The position numbers and the translations under genes are program-made. DNA of 64,000 nucleotides from Escherichia phage Killian. Location: the sequence record OQ446694.1. One strand, given 5' to 3'. The notes under the pieces are model-generated. The model made no database searches and was not told where the DNA came from. It saw only the letters and a program-made list of their open reading frames with translations. Positions 38,510-48,976 of this stretch are shown piece after piece. Position 1 is the first letter of the stretch. Each line of letters opens with the position of its first letter.

Positions 38510-38767
38510 TCAAATACAAGTAGTAATTACTCCAGTAGTGCTTACACAGGTATTACCTAATTGAACACCAAGCGTTCCATTAGTATTCATATGAAGATTA
38601 TCATCAATTTTTGTTGATACTTTACCATTCATGTGAATAACAGTATTAGATTCAATCACATTCTGAGTGTCATTTTCAATATCAATAAATGGAACAGCTG
38701 CTAATGCAACTAGAACAACTGCTAATGCAACTAAACACGCTGCTAAACAACCATAAACAATTTTCAT
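38510..38767 (-). CDS. Small membrane protein (85 aa)
   Basis: ORF track 38510..38956 trimmed: its upstream part contains promoter and leader; ATG at 38767 with SD GGAG; MKIVYGCLAACLVALAVVLVALAAVP... Confidence 0.5.
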   Translation of the reverse strand: MKIVYGCLAACLVALAVVLVALAAVPFIDIENDTQNVIESNTVIHMNGKVSTKIDDNLHMNTNGTLGVQLGNTCVSTTGVITTCI

Positions 38768-38811
38768 TTTATTCTCCAAATCCGTATCAGTTGATAGTTG
38801 TATAGTACCAC

Positions 38812-38831
38812 GGAAGAACAGGGATGTAAAT
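38812..38831 (-). promoter_or_regulatory. Early sigma70-type promoter with conserved leader
   Basis: Minus strand ATTTAC...TGgTACTAT followed by the 47-bp leader repeat. Confidence 0.5.
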
Positions 38832-38928
38832 AGTTTTGTGAAAAAATTTTTAATGAATTTACAGGACCTAGAATCATCTATTTTTCTTAAGTATAGATTT
38901 ATATTACTTGTATGAAAAAGGGACCCGG

Positions 38929-38947
38929 AGGTCCCTAGATTTATTCT
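38929..38947 (-). terminator. Terminator hairpin after gene 43
   Basis: GGGACC-UCCG-GGUCCC followed by UUUUUCAUAC on the minus strand. Confidence 0.6.
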
Positions 38948-38948
38948 A

Positions 38949-41645
38949 TCAGCCAAACAGGAAGTCTAACGAAGCTTTTTCTTCATAGTCCATACCCGCC
39001 GATTCACACATGCCCGCAAGCGGTTTAACAAACGATTTTTGGAACAAAGTTGAGTAGTCAATCCAAGACAGTACATCAGAACGAATTTCTTTTGGAAGTT
39101 CTGTGCCTGATGGCCAAGCAATGCACTTGTCACCAAATGGATTTCCTTCACGTAATGGAAGAACCATTACCTTATTTCCATCCAAAATTGGAGCTACACC
39201 TAAACCGCTAACAGCTCGACGATAAGTTAGCACACCACGAATATGGAACGGACATTTAAATCCTGGCCAACCTTTATCATCATATTTCGCTATATCGTTC
39301 GCAGTTTTTACTTCAGCAATAACTTTATAGTCAAGTTGACGATATTCTTTCTCAAAGTTCTTGTAGTATTCTTGGACAGACTCTTCGCCTTCCTGAAGAA
39401 TACGACGAATACTTTCTTCGAGAGCTTCTTGTACTGCTTTTGGTGTTGAACTCTGCTGAGTTTCCATACCCATGATTTTTAGATGTGGTTCAGCAAATCG
39501 CTTATCTTCCATATCATAAACGTTCAGAGCATAACGTTTTTTCGCTTTCCAAAATCCACCAACACCCTTTGAACCAAGCGGAGGACAAGAAATAGCTTCA
39601 CGGTCCATATGCATCAGATGCTCGCGGTTATTCATATAATCACATAACTCACGATATGCAACATCAATCATAGGTTCCATCTTTTTCTTACCAAACTGAT
39701 TCATGAATTCAACTAAATCATTTTGTTCTTTAAAGCGATCAAGACCTACTTTTTCAATTACTTTATCTACACAAACATATACCGAATCAGTATCACCTGC
39801 TGCGATGAAATCTTCACCATTAGTTCCACACACTTTATTTAGATATTCATTAATTTTGCGAGCAATCCACTGAATACCGACTTGACCGAAAATTGTGATA
39901 GCAGTAGCATTTCGCAAATCATAGTAGCGGAAATGAATATTACCAAGAGCACCATAAAGACTGTTAATAAGAATTTTACGGTTCAGCTGATTTGTGTTAG
40001 CAAGTGTAGCAGCTTTTTCACATTCTTCAATCAGACTGTTAAGAACAGATTCGGTGTAATTCGATAATTCGTTTAAGAAATCATCATTGAACTTAACATA
40101 TCGTTCAACTTCCGGTTTAGTTGAACAAGACCCTGCACCTTTCATAATAATCTTTTTAATAGCTTCGGCATTCATTTCTTCAGCGAACATTTTCTTTTTC
40201 CAATCTTTACGCTGGAAAAATACTTTAGCGATTTCCTTTGGAATGATACCTTCTTGATGCTTATCATACATCCATCCATTCGGAGAACAAGAATATTCAT
40301 CACTTGGCTTAGGAGCTGTTCCTGCGATATATTCATGAATTGGATGAACTTTAAATTGCCCGCGAATAGTCTCAGGACTAATGTTAACCTGACGAATAAT
40401 GCTAGGATACAGAGACGTCAAGTCAAAACTCATAATGTATCGACGAGCAATCGGTTTAGGTTCAAACACAAATGCACCTGGAAAACTCTGTTTAACGTGC
40501 GAACCTTGTTGAGGAATAACCTTATGTTCACCTTTCAGTGAGTTAAAAATAATAGCATCCCAAGTTTTAATAGGACTCATTACACCAGAAAAAGGCATTT
40601 TAGCGTAATAAGACATACTTAAAACTAGATCGATAAACCCACGAATTTTATCAATTGCTTGAACTGATTCTACGTCAATGATGTTATAACTAATGTATCG
40701 TTGATGATTAGTCTCACGAAGTTTATTAATAGGACCATCGTACGGCAATTTACCTTTTTTGGTTTCATGTTGAGCAACTGATTCCAAAGAGAACGATGGC
40801 AAATTAGTAAATGCGAATTTCTTGTACAAATCTAAATAATCAAGAATAGATACGCCATCAATAGAATAAATTTCTTTACTACCGTACATATTTTGAATTA
40901 GTTTAGATTTTACTCGACCGATTGGAGAGAAACGTTTCATACTACGTTCACCGAGAACCATTTTAACACGATTCATGATATACGGAACGTCAAATCCCTC
41001 AATATTCCAACCAGTAAAAATAGCAGGTCGTTTCTGTTCCCAGAGATTAATATATTCCATGAGCATATCACGCTCATTATCAAATGGCATATAAATTACT
41101 CGGTCAAGAATTTCTTGAGGAACTTCATCACCACCTTCACAGTCAAGCTTAGCAGCTAACTTTGCGTCCCATTTTGATACTGAACCGTACATTGAATTCA
41201 ACAAATCAAAGACGTAAAAACGATCGTCAATTGAATCATAATGAGTGATAGCATCAATTTCATATTCTGCTTTCATTGGGTCAGGAAATTTATCACCAGT
41301 AACCTCAATGTCACAGTTAGCTACACGAACAAATTTTCGGTCATAAACAATTTCTGAACCATATGTATCACTGATATAAGCGAGTTTAAAATCGTTCATA
41401 CCGAGAGCTTCGAGACCAATGTCTTCCATTCGTTTCATCCAGTCTCGTGCATCTTTCATTGATGGAAATTTTTGAGGAGCACAATTTTTACCATAAATGT
41501 CTTTGTATTTTGACTCTTCCTTACAATGCCTAAACATAGTCGGAAGATATTCTACTTCACGGGTACGTTCCTTTCCATTTTCATCAATATAACGTTCAAC
41601 AATATTATTTCCGACTGTTTCGATAGAGATATAAAATTCTTTCAT
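38949..41645 (-). CDS. 43: DNA polymerase gp43 (898 aa)
   Basis: Family B polymerase with exonuclease and DTDS motifs; 898 aa; near-identical to T4 gp43 as recalled. Confidence 0.97.
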   Translation of the reverse strand: MKEFYISIETVGNNIVERYIDENGKERTREVEYLPTMFRHCKEESKYKDIYGKNCAPQKFPSMKDARDWMKRMEDIGLEALGMNDFKLAYISDTYGSEIVYDRKFVRVANCDIEVTGDKFPDPMKAEYEIDAITHYDSIDDRFYVFDLLNSMYGSVSKWDAKLAAKLDCEGGDEVPQEILDRVIYMPFDNERDMLMEYINLWEQKRPAIFTGWNIEGFDVPYIMNRVKMVLGERSMKRFSPIGRVKSKLIQNMYGSKEIYSIDGVSILDYLDLYKKFAFTNLPSFSLESVAQHETKKGKLPYDGPINKLRETNHQRYISYNIIDVESVQAIDKIRGFIDLVLSMSYYAKMPFSGVMSPIKTWDAIIFNSLKGEHKVIPQQGSHVKQSFPGAFVFEPKPIARRYIMSFDLTSLYPSIIRQVNISPETIRGQFKVHPIHEYIAGTAPKPSDEYSCSPNGWMYDKHQEGIIPKEIAKVFFQRKDWKKKMFAEEMNAEAIKKIIMKGAGSCSTKPEVERYVKFNDDFLNELSNYTESVLNSLIEECEKAATLANTNQLNRKILINSLYGALGNIHFRYYDLRNATAITIFGQVGIQWIARKINEYLNKVCGTNGEDFIAAGDTDSVYVCVDKVIEKVGLDRFKEQNDLVEFMNQFGKKKMEPMIDVAYRELCDYMNNREHLMHMDREAISCPPLGSKGVGGFWKAKKRYALNVYDMEDKRFAEPHLKIMGMETQQSSTPKAVQEALEESIRRILQEGEESVQEYYKNFEKEYRQLDYKVIAEVKTANDIAKYDDKGWPGFKCPFHIRGVLTYRRAVSGLGVAPILDGNKVMVLPLREGNPFGDKCIAWPSGTELPKEIRSDVLSWIDYSTLFQKSFVKPLAGMCESAGMDYEEKASLDFLFG

Positions 41646-41703
41646 AGATATTCCTTAGTTTATAGCCCGAGTTATTAGGCTCTTGATATATTATACTCCA
41701 AAT

Positions 41704-41721
41704 AAGGGGCCGAAGCCCCTT
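41704..41721 (-). terminator. UUCG-tetraloop hairpin after regA
   Basis: aaggggccgaagcccctt. Confidence 0.55.
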
Positions 41722-41723
41722 GC

Positions 41724-42092
41724 TTAATTACCAATCGTATATTTTGGAACGAGTTTCCATTCATGTTTTTGTTTAAAAGAAATAACTCGGAAGTTATTGG
41801 TTAAATCTTTCATAAAAGTTCTTTGACCAGGAACGATTTCAATCAGTCCCCAATCTTCTAACAGCCACGCAATCGAATCACGACGAACTTCATCTTCTTC
41901 TGTCATTTCAACCTGACGGCCATCCATACGAAGCATTTCTTTAAAATGAACGATATAGTATAGTCCTTTTTTCTGAAGAATATGACAGGACTGATACAGA
42001 ACTTTATCTTTATTATTAGCAATTCCCATACGAGTCAAGGTTTCTTTTACTTTCAGAAAATCTTCAGGTTTTTTAAGAGTAATTTCAATCAT
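41724..42092 (-). CDS. regA: Translational repressor RegA (122 aa)
   Basis: 122 aa, MIEITLKKPEDFLKVKETLTRMGIANNKDKVLYQSCHIL...; matches T4 RegA. Confidence 0.93.
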   Translation of the reverse strand: MIEITLKKPEDFLKVKETLTRMGIANNKDKVLYQSCHILQKKGLYYIVHFKEMLRMDGRQVEMTEEDEVRRDSIAWLLEDWGLIEIVPGQRTFMKDLTNNFRVISFKQKHEWKLVPKYTIGN

Positions 42093-42093
42093 T

Positions 42094-42657
42094 TTACCAT
42101 TCCAATGCTAGTTTTTTGAGTTGTTTCTGTTCTTTTACATTCTTAGTCACTTCTTTCAAAAAATCATCCGTGACTAAACCTTTTAGTTCTTTTAATACTA
42201 AAGGAAGTTTTCCATTTTTAGCAAGAATTGATTTATAGTTAATTGCATCATTTGTATTAACTTGATACCGCTTAGCAAGTAACTTAATAATCAATACTTC
42301 AGTAGAATCTTCAACCAGTTTTGCCCATTTACCATATCTTTTACCCCGAGGAACAGCAGCCATCAGATAATTAAAATGGGCTTCATCGCTTAAACCTGAT
42401 CCAATTAAATTCATAGCATATACAGCTGGCATGCACTCAGGAAATTGTGATAATGCATTCTCAACCATGTATTTTGAATAATCTTTTTGAGCAATAGAGC
42501 ATTTAGTTTTATTATTAATAGCTCCAATTATTTCAAAAAATTCATTTTCAGCTTTTTCCTTAAAAGAATCAGCAGCAGATTGGACAGCTGTCCAATCTTT
42601 TGAATACCAAGCAACTTGATGCTCGTTTAATTGAATATCATCTTCAAATAAGCTCAT
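42094..42657 (-). CDS. 62: Clamp loader small subunit gp62 (187 aa)
   Basis: 187 aa; position between regA and 44. Confidence 0.9.
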   Translation of the reverse strand: MSLFEDDIQLNEHQVAWYSKDWTAVQSAADSFKEKAENEFFEIIGAINNKTKCSIAQKDYSKYMVENALSQFPECMPAVYAMNLIGSGLSDEAHFNYLMAAVPRGKRYGKWAKLVEDSTEVLIIKLLAKRYQVNTNDAINYKSILAKNGKLPLVLKELKGLVTDDFLKEVTKNVKEQKQLKKLALEW

Positions 42658-42658
42658 A

Positions 42659-43618
42659 TCACTTCCACTGCATTTCGCATGCTAATTGAATGAAAAGATA
42701 TGCTAAATGTAATTCAGTATTAGCCGCAATTCCGTGATACTGGTTATTTTCACCAACAATTTCATACATACGAATAATACTTTGTGGAGTTACGCGTGTA
42801 TAGATTTCTTCGGCAAGTTTACCTACGAACCACGAATAATCAGCTGCATATTTTGGTGCTAAAGCTCTGAGCTGTTTAACATCTTTATTTTTGAGAGATT
42901 CAAGAACATCATCAATAGCACCACGATCGTTAGTAACCAGTGATAAAATACCAGCATCCAAAACACCTTTAGATGAATAACTATCGAGCTCACCAATAGT
43001 TTTACGAAAATCAGGAAAATTCTTTTTAACCAAAGCTGCTACAACTTTCATATCAGCTATAGCAATTCCTTCATGCTTACAGATTTCAGTCAATCGACGA
43101 ATCATCTGCTTCATCATTTCAATTTTATCTTCATCGGTCGGCTGACCGAACGTAATAACTCGGCAGCGTGACTGAAGCGGTTTAATAATACCATCAATAT
43201 TGTTAGCAGTAATAATAATACTACAGTTTGAACTATAAGCTTCCATAAAGGAACGAAGATGTCGCTGAGACTCTGCTAACCCTGAACGGTCAAATTCATC
43301 AATAACGATTACTTTTTGACGACCATCAAATGAAGCTGCACTAGCAAAATTAGTCAAAGGACCACGAACGAAATCAATTTTACAGTCTGATCCATTCACA
43401 AACATCATATCAGCATTTACATCATGACACAATGCTTTTGCTACAGTTGTTTTACCTGTTCCTGGAGAAGGAGAATGAAGAATAATATGTGGAATTTTAC
43501 CTTTACTTGTAATAGATTTAAAGGTTTCTTTATCAAAGGCGGGAAGAATACATTCATCGATAGTAGATGGACGATATTTCTGTTCAAGAATGTGTTCTTT
43601 TTCATTTACAGTAATCAT
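42659..43618 (-). CDS. 44: Clamp loader large subunit gp44 (319 aa)
   Basis: AAA+ Walker A GTGKTT; [17 protein letters not shown] start at the ATG with SD GAGGAAA (track start is TTG 5 codons upstream). Confidence 0.93.
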   Translation of the reverse strand: MITVNEKEHILEQKYRPSTIDECILPAFDKETFKSITSKGKIPHIILHSPSPGTGKTTVAKALCHDVNADMMFVNGSDCKIDFVRGPLTNFASAASFDGRQKVIVIDEFDRSGLAESQRHLRSFMEAYSSNCSIIITANNIDGIIKPLQSRCRVITFGQPTDEDKIEMMKQMIRRLTEICKHEGIAIADMKVVAALVKKNFPDFRKTIGELDSYSSKGVLDAGILSLVTNDRGAIDDVLESLKNKDVKQLRALAPKYAADYSWFVGKLAEEIYTRVTPQSIIRMYEIVGENNQYHGIAANTELHLAYLFIQLACEMQWK

Positions 43619-43649
43619 AATTTCCTCATTCAAGTTTTAGTGTAAATTT

Positions 43650-43666
43650 AAGGGCCGAAGCCCTTT
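43650..43666 (-). terminator. UUCG-tetraloop hairpin between 45 and 44
   Basis: aagggccgaagcccttt. Confidence 0.5.
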
Positions 43667-43667
43667 A

Positions 43668-44354
43668 TTAAAAATCGTGGGTAGAATCAGCTTCAAGAGC
43701 TACTACATAATTCGCGTGTTCACCTTCAAATTTAGCAGCACCTTGTTTACCTTTTGCCCAGAGCAGAAGTTTATAATTTCCTGGTTGCATTTTCATATTT
43801 GCCATATTGATAATGAAATTAAATGTATTTTCACCATCATAATCACCAAGAGTCAAAGAATATTTAACACGGGTCAAAGCAGAATCTTCTACTTTATTAA
43901 AACCGTTAATTACGATTTTACCTTCTTTTACTGTGATAGCAATTGTATCAATCTGCAGACCGCGAGATACACGCAACAGCTGTTGAAGGTCTTCAGCTTT
44001 AATTTCGGTAACAACAGATGCTACCGGGAATGGAATTGGTTTATTAGGAGCAACTACTGTACTCGGATCGGCTGCTGGCCAAAAAATTGTTGAACGAGCA
44101 TCAGCAATTTTAATATTTCCATCTTCTGACTGGGAAATTTCTGCATCGTCATTAACTAGAGACAGAATACCGAGAAAACCGTTCAAATCGTAAATTGCTA
44201 CATCAAAATCAATAGTGTCAGAAATATTTGCTTCCGCATAAGTTGTACCATTAACTGCGCGAGTCATAATAAATTGACCAGATTTAAGCATAATACCAGA
44301 ATTAATAGTAGCGAAATTTTTAAGCAGAGCAGTAGTATCTTTAGACAGTTTCAT
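43668..44354 (-). CDS. 45: Sliding clamp gp45 (228 aa)
   Basis: 228 aa, MKLSKDTTALLKNFATINSGIMLKSGQFIMTRAV...; matches T4 gp45. Confidence 0.95.
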   Translation of the reverse strand: MKLSKDTTALLKNFATINSGIMLKSGQFIMTRAVNGTTYAEANISDTIDFDVAIYDLNGFLGILSLVNDDAEISQSEDGNIKIADARSTIFWPAADPSTVVAPNKPIPFPVASVVTEIKAEDLQQLLRVSRGLQIDTIAITVKEGKIVINGFNKVEDSALTRVKYSLTLGDYDGENTFNFIINMANMKMQPGNYKLLLWAKGKQGAAKFEGEHANYVVALEADSTHDF

Positions 44355-44409
44355 GTAATTTCCTTCAATTCAAATGAGATTTAATTTTATAACTAATTTA
44401 ATAAAGCAA

Positions 44410-44799
44410 TTAACGATTAAAATCGGCAGCAATTGTTTCCGCAACAATTTGAGCAGCAACAATTAGACGTTCATCTGCATTACCGCAATAATCATCTTCA
44501 AGGCGTTCACCACATGAAGTCATAATAAATTTAGCACCAGCATTTAAAGATTCTGTCGTATGTTTGCGCATTAGTTCAATCCATTTATTACTTACTTCAC
44601 GATCGATAGCTTCATAATACGCATGACGAGCAGGTGCAGATTTAATTTTGCTCTGAATAACTTCCATCGCGTTATCAGAAAGAGACAAAACCCATGCTCG
44701 ACGAATTTTATTTTGGTTTTGTGGATTTGATTCAGAACGCACGTGTTTTGGCTGAATATCTTTTACATCAACAGTATAATTCACAGTAATTTTAGTCAT
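44410..44799 (-). CDS. rpbA: RNA polymerase binding protein RpbA (129 aa)
   Basis: 129 aa; position between 45 and 46. Confidence 0.8.
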   Translation of the reverse strand: MTKITVNYTVDVKDIQPKHVRSESNPQNQNKIRRAWVLSLSDNAMEVIQSKIKSAPARHAYYEAIDREVSNKWIELMRKHTTESLNAGAKFIMTSCGERLEDDYCGNADERLIVAAQIVAETIAADFNR

Positions 44800-44808
44800 A
44801 ATACACCT

Positions 44809-44997
44809 TTAGTCATAATAATCAGTAACAGTCCAAGCTTCATTTCTGTTGGACATTATTTTCGTATATTCTGCTTTAAATGCATTCTTAAGCATAGATT
44901 CAGTAACTATATGCTCTTCATTAGAAAAATTATTTCTCAGAATATATCGTTTTATTTCAGGAATAGTTAATAGATGCTGTCCAGTTGAATATTCCAT
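44809..44997 (-). CDS. Hypothetical protein (62 aa), 45.2 position
   Basis: ORF track, ATG start. Confidence 0.5.
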   Translation of the reverse strand: MEYSTGQHLLTIPEIKRYILRNNFSNEEHIVTESMLKNAFKAEYTKIMSNRNEAWTVTDYYD

Positions 44998-45052
44998 GTT
45001 TTTCCTCCATAGAGATTATACTCTAATAAATTAAAGCATAATCTCTTATAAA

Positions 45053-46735
45053 TTAAACCATTACAGTAAATCGACCAACTTTCTTCATTTGAAGATGCTG
45101 ACCATATGCTTGCGGGTCGTGGTCTCTATGTGAAATAACAAAAACATTAGTATTTTTTAAACTATCTAAAATAGTTGAAATAGCTTTTACACCTTCAACA
45201 TCAGTTGCTGAATCAAAAACTTCATCGAGAATTAGTGTGTTTATTTTAACACCTGAAACTTTTTCAGCAATATCACGCCAAGTAAATAGAAGAGCAATAT
45301 CAATTCGTGCTTTTTCGCCTTGACTGAATGAAGCATAACTAAAATCTTCACGACCACGGGATTTAATTGTCTCATTAAATTCTTCATCTAATGTAAACAC
45401 ATAATCCGCTTCCATTATTTTAAGATAATGGTTAATCTGCTTATTAAATAATGGAATGTACTTTTTAATAATAGCACCTTTAATACCAGAATCTTTGAGC
45501 ATATCAGTCAAAATTCCTCTGTGGTATTTTTCCATTACTAAATTAGTTTTTGTCTTAACAATTTTATCAAGTTCTTCTTGAAGCAGTGCTATTTCATCAG
45601 CATGGTCAATAAACTCGGATGATGCTTTTTCTATAGCCGCTTTAACCTTTTTAGCTTTATCTACCGTCGTGATTAGAGATTGCTTTTTATTGCGAATATC
45701 ATTCGCCAACGTCTGCTGGGTTTTAATATTATCTCGGTATTCATCAACGAGAACTTTTAAATTATCACGATGTGTTGAAAGCTGTTCAAACGAATGCGTG
45801 CATTCAGAAACTTTATCTTTAATTTTAGAAACAACTTTATCACCGGAACTTAATTGTGACAAACAGGTTGGACATAATCCACCTTCGTGATACATATTAA
45901 TGACTTTATTATACGAGTCAATTTTTGATTTAATTAAAAATGCTTCTTGACCGATTTTATTAAATGCATCAGTCGGGTCTTCATCCAAAACAATATTAAC
46001 TAATCTTTCATTAGCTTCTTCTATTTCCGATTTTAACGTTCTAGCTTCTTTCGCCAAATCATCATACATATTCTGCAGACGAGTAAGGTTATCACCAGTT
46101 AATTTTTTCTGACGTTCAACGTTATCATTATATATTTTAATTTGCTGGATAATACTATCTTTTTTAACATCAAGCACTTGGTTTTGTGAATTTAATTCAC
46201 GTATTAGTGCTTTATTAAGCTTATCCATTTCAGCTAATGTTCCTACCTCAAGCAGGTCTTCCACAAGCTTTCTTCGCGCAGGGGTCGACAAACCCATGAA
46301 AGGGGTATACCCTGCTGTACCAAGGACAACAATCTGCTTGAAACTGGCATATGACATTCCGATAAGCTGTTCAAATTCTGCTTGGAAATCTTTACTGCTG
46401 GCAGATTCATTAAGACGTGTACCGTTAACGGTGATTTCGAAAACGTTTGGTTTTTGTCCTCTTTTGATATAGTACTTTTTCTCATCATATTCCATCCACA
46501 ATTCAACTAAAAGTTCTTTCTTATTTGTGCTGTTTATTAATTGACCTTTCTTTACATCACGAAATGGCTTGCCAAAAAGCCCAAATGTGATGGCTTCTAA
46601 CATAGTAGACTTACCACCGCCATTTCGTCCAGTAATAAGAGTTTTTTGAACCTTATCTAGTTGAATGTCAATAGGATTTCCACCTACTGACATTATATTT
46701 TGATACCTAACTCGGTTTAGTTTAAAATTCTTCAC
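45053..46735 (-). CDS. 46: Recombination nuclease subunit gp46, Rad50/SbcC-like (560 aa, GTG start)
   Basis: Walker A GRNGGGKST, coiled-coil middle with CPTC zinc hook, signature SQGE and Walker B LILDEVFD; SD AAGGAA before GTG. Confidence 0.93.
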   Translation of the reverse strand: MKNFKLNRVRYQNIMSVGGNPIDIQLDKVQKTLITGRNGGGKSTMLEAITFGLFGKPFRDVKKGQLINSTNKKELLVELWMEYDEKKYYIKRGQKPNVFEITVNGTRLNESASSKDFQAEFEQLIGMSYASFKQIVVLGTAGYTPFMGLSTPARRKLVEDLLEVGTLAEMDKLNKALIRELNSQNQVLDVKKDSIIQQIKIYNDNVERQKKLTGDNLTRLQNMYDDLAKEARTLKSEIEEANERLVNIVLDEDPTDAFNKIGQEAFLIKSKIDSYNKVINMYHEGGLCPTCLSQLSSGDKVVSKIKDKVSECTHSFEQLSTHRDNLKVLVDEYRDNIKTQQTLANDIRNKKQSLITTVDKAKKVKAAIEKASSEFIDHADEIALLQEELDKIVKTKTNLVMEKYHRGILTDMLKDSGIKGAIIKKYIPLFNKQINHYLKIMEADYVFTLDEEFNETIKSRGREDFSYASFSQGEKARIDIALLFTWRDIAEKVSGVKINTLILDEVFDSATDVEGVKAISTILDSLKNTNVFVISHRDHDPQAYGQHLQMKKVGRFTVMV

Positions 46736-46995
46736 AAAAGATTCCTTTTAATGTATCTTTTAGACCATTCTATCATATCATCATAATCTAAAAAGTATTC
46801 ATCAAATTCAGCCATGCAAACAACACCTTGTGCTGCTTTTGATGTGATATAAATTATTCCAACATATCTAGAATCTTCTTCGGTGTATTCAATATTTGCT
46901 ATGAATTCATCGTTAATGTCAAATGTCGAAAACTTCACAATATGCATCCTTAATACAAGATACAGCCATATCTTGTAATGATTTAGGTGTGTCAT
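46732..46995 (-). CDS. Hypothetical protein (87 aa), 46.1 position
   Basis: ORF track; start uncertain (alternative ATG at 46947). Confidence 0.4.
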   Translation of the reverse strand: MTHLNHYKIWLYLVLRMHIVKFSTFDINDEFIANIEYTEEDSRYVGIIYITSKAAQGVVCMAEFDEYFLDYDDMIEWSKRYIKRNLL

Positions 46996-47182
46996 TATCT
47001 AAAATGTTGAAGTTAAAAGATACAGCCCAGTCAGTGCAGACCGTAACCTTTTTAATACAATTATCTTCAACCTCTAGCGGTTCAAACCAATATTCAATAA
47101 TTTCTTTATGCCCAATATCATCTTTTACTTCGCATTCAAAATGCTGACTCATCATAACATTTTTAAATTCATCAAAAGTCAT
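46919..47182 (-). CDS. Hypothetical protein (87 aa), 46.2 position
   Basis: ORF track, ATG start; overlaps the next ORF in a different frame. Confidence 0.45.
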   Translation of the reverse strand: MTFDEFKNVMMSQHFECEVKDDIGHKEIIEYWFEPLEVEDNCIKKVTVCTDWAVSFNFNILDNDTPKSLQDMAVSCIKDAYCEVFDI

Positions 47183-48198
47183 TGTGTTGCCTCTACATAT
47201 AACTGATTTGCATATTGAATAAGTGCTTCGCGGTCAGAATCAGTGATGTCTGGAATTGCATTAATGTATTCTTCCATCAATGTCTGAAGAGATTGAACTT
47301 CAACTTCTTCACTATCATCTGACTCAACAGAGTTATCAATCTTTGACACAACTCGTAATGAATGCACAACTTTTTCTAGTTCAGATTCGAACTTCGTCAG
47401 ATTTTTGTCTACCTCAGTTACTATAACACGTACTGATAGATTTGTAAAATCTTTATAGTCAATTTTTCCCTTAAATGGATATTGAATTCGACGATGCCAG
47501 GTAGTGTTGTTTGGAATAAATTCCATTCGTTCTGTTTCTGTATCAAACATCCAGAACCCACGAGGGTCATTCTCGTCACCTGCAGTTAGTGTCCATGGTG
47601 TCCCAATATATCTGACGTTAGCAGCCTCAGAGATAGTATGGAAGTGACCAGACCACACTTCTTTATAAGTCTTAAGGAAATCAGGTTCAAGACCGTGAGA
47701 TTTCATTCCTTTATAAAAATAAAATCCATTCAGTTCCCAGTGACCAACACAAAAAGAAGCAGATGAAGTTTTGATGTGTTCAAGAATTTCACCAGTATTT
47801 TCTTCACACATCCAAGGAATTAAATCAATCAAACATCCGTCAAAATCTACTGTAGTAGGCTTATCATATACTTTAACATTAGGATATTTAGCCAAAAGCT
47901 CAGTAGAAGCATTTGGATGCATTACATTTTTGTAGTGGAGATCGTGATTTCCTACAATAGTATGTAATGTGATTCCAGCGTCATCAAGCATTTGAACTAT
48001 TTCACGGGCAAACTCCATAGTTTTATGCGTGATCGCTTTTCGTACATCAAAAATATCACCGTATTGAATCCATACAGTAATTCCATTTTTCTTAGAATAT
48101 TCTATCGCTTGCTTAATTCCGTCAAGTTGAATACCGCGAATCCATTCATCATCAGCTTTAACGCCTAAATGCCAATCACCCAAGTTTAGTATTTTCAT
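47179..48198 (-). CDS. 47: Recombination nuclease subunit gp47, Mre11/SbcD-like (339 aa)
   Basis: Phosphoesterase motifs DWHLG, GDIFD, GNHD; 339 aa as in T4. Confidence 0.93.
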   Translation of the reverse strand: MKILNLGDWHLGVKADDEWIRGIQLDGIKQAIEYSKKNGITVWIQYGDIFDVRKAITHKTMEFAREIVQMLDDAGITLHTIVGNHDLHYKNVMHPNASTELLAKYPNVKVYDKPTTVDFDGCLIDLIPWMCEENTGEILEHIKTSSASFCVGHWELNGFYFYKGMKSHGLEPDFLKTYKEVWSGHFHTISEAANVRYIGTPWTLTAGDENDPRGFWMFDTETERMEFIPNNTTWHRRIQYPFKGKIDYKDFTNLSVRVIVTEVDKNLTKFESELEKVVHSLRVVSKIDNSVESDDSEEVEVQSLQTLMEEYINAIPDITDSDREALIQYANQLYVEATQ

Positions 48199-48799
48199 GG
48201 TGTCTTTTCCATCCTAATTTAGCTGCTTTTGAAACTAGTTCTTTAATTTTTCCTTTTGTCCATTCAGGACCAGGAGGTTCATGACATAACATTTGCTTAA
48301 CTCCGTTATTATACCATTTTTTACCTTTATTATGTGATGAAGCTTTAAATTTATTTGACCTTCCTTTTACATAACCTTCTGGAATATACGGCAAAAAGGC
48401 AGATTTTCCTGTTAATGGGTCATGTGAATGTATATTTCCTTTACAATTATGAGAACCATATAATGGATGATTTTGTCCTTTAATATCTCTTCCAAATGAA
48501 CCTTTTGGAGCAGCATATGACATATTAAAGAATAATGGATTTTTAACCGCATCATGCAAACGTTGATAATATAGCTCGCATTTAATAGCTTCTTCGCGCG
48601 TATCAAATTCATCTAAAATGCATGAATCAAATAAATGTGGGTTATCTGAAAGTTCTTCATTATAAATTTTCTTATACTTTTTAGATAAAACTGATCCATG
48701 ATATCCGGCTAAATGCCTATCTAAAGATGTAGATCCAATATAAAAAGGAGGAAGTTTATCTCCACTATATATTGTTAAATAAGTTATATATTTTTTCAT
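48176..48799 (-). mobile_element. Free-standing GIY-YIG-like (Seg-type) homing endonuclease gene (207 aa)
   Basis: N-terminal YITYL...FYIGST...EEAIKCE resembles the GIY-YIG catalytic module; NUMOD-like repeats NHPLYGSH and GKKWYNNG; 3-prime end overlaps gene 47 start by 23 nt. Confidence 0.6.
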
Positions 48800-48960
48800 A
48801 TATCAAGAACCGTCATTGAAATGCAAAATAAAATTATTGAAATAAATCCATCTGGAGTGCTAAAGAACCCAATCCAACACGCTCTAGTAAATAGATAAAA
48901 CGCTAGAAAAAGTATCACATATCCAAGAAATATCATTATATCAAACTCCGTATAAAGCTA

Positions 48961-48976
48961 AAGGGCCGAAGCCCTT
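48961..48976 (-). terminator. UUCG-tetraloop hairpin after a-gt
   Basis: aagggccgaagcccttt followed by U-rich tract on the minus strand. Confidence 0.55.

Noticed and set aside
38510-38956. Long 5-prime extension of the ORF at 38510 (and similar at 10744-10992, 60945-61997)
   Set aside because: The extension uses a non-ATG start and contains the promoter and leader repeat; an in-frame ATG with SD lies downstream, so the short form is reported.
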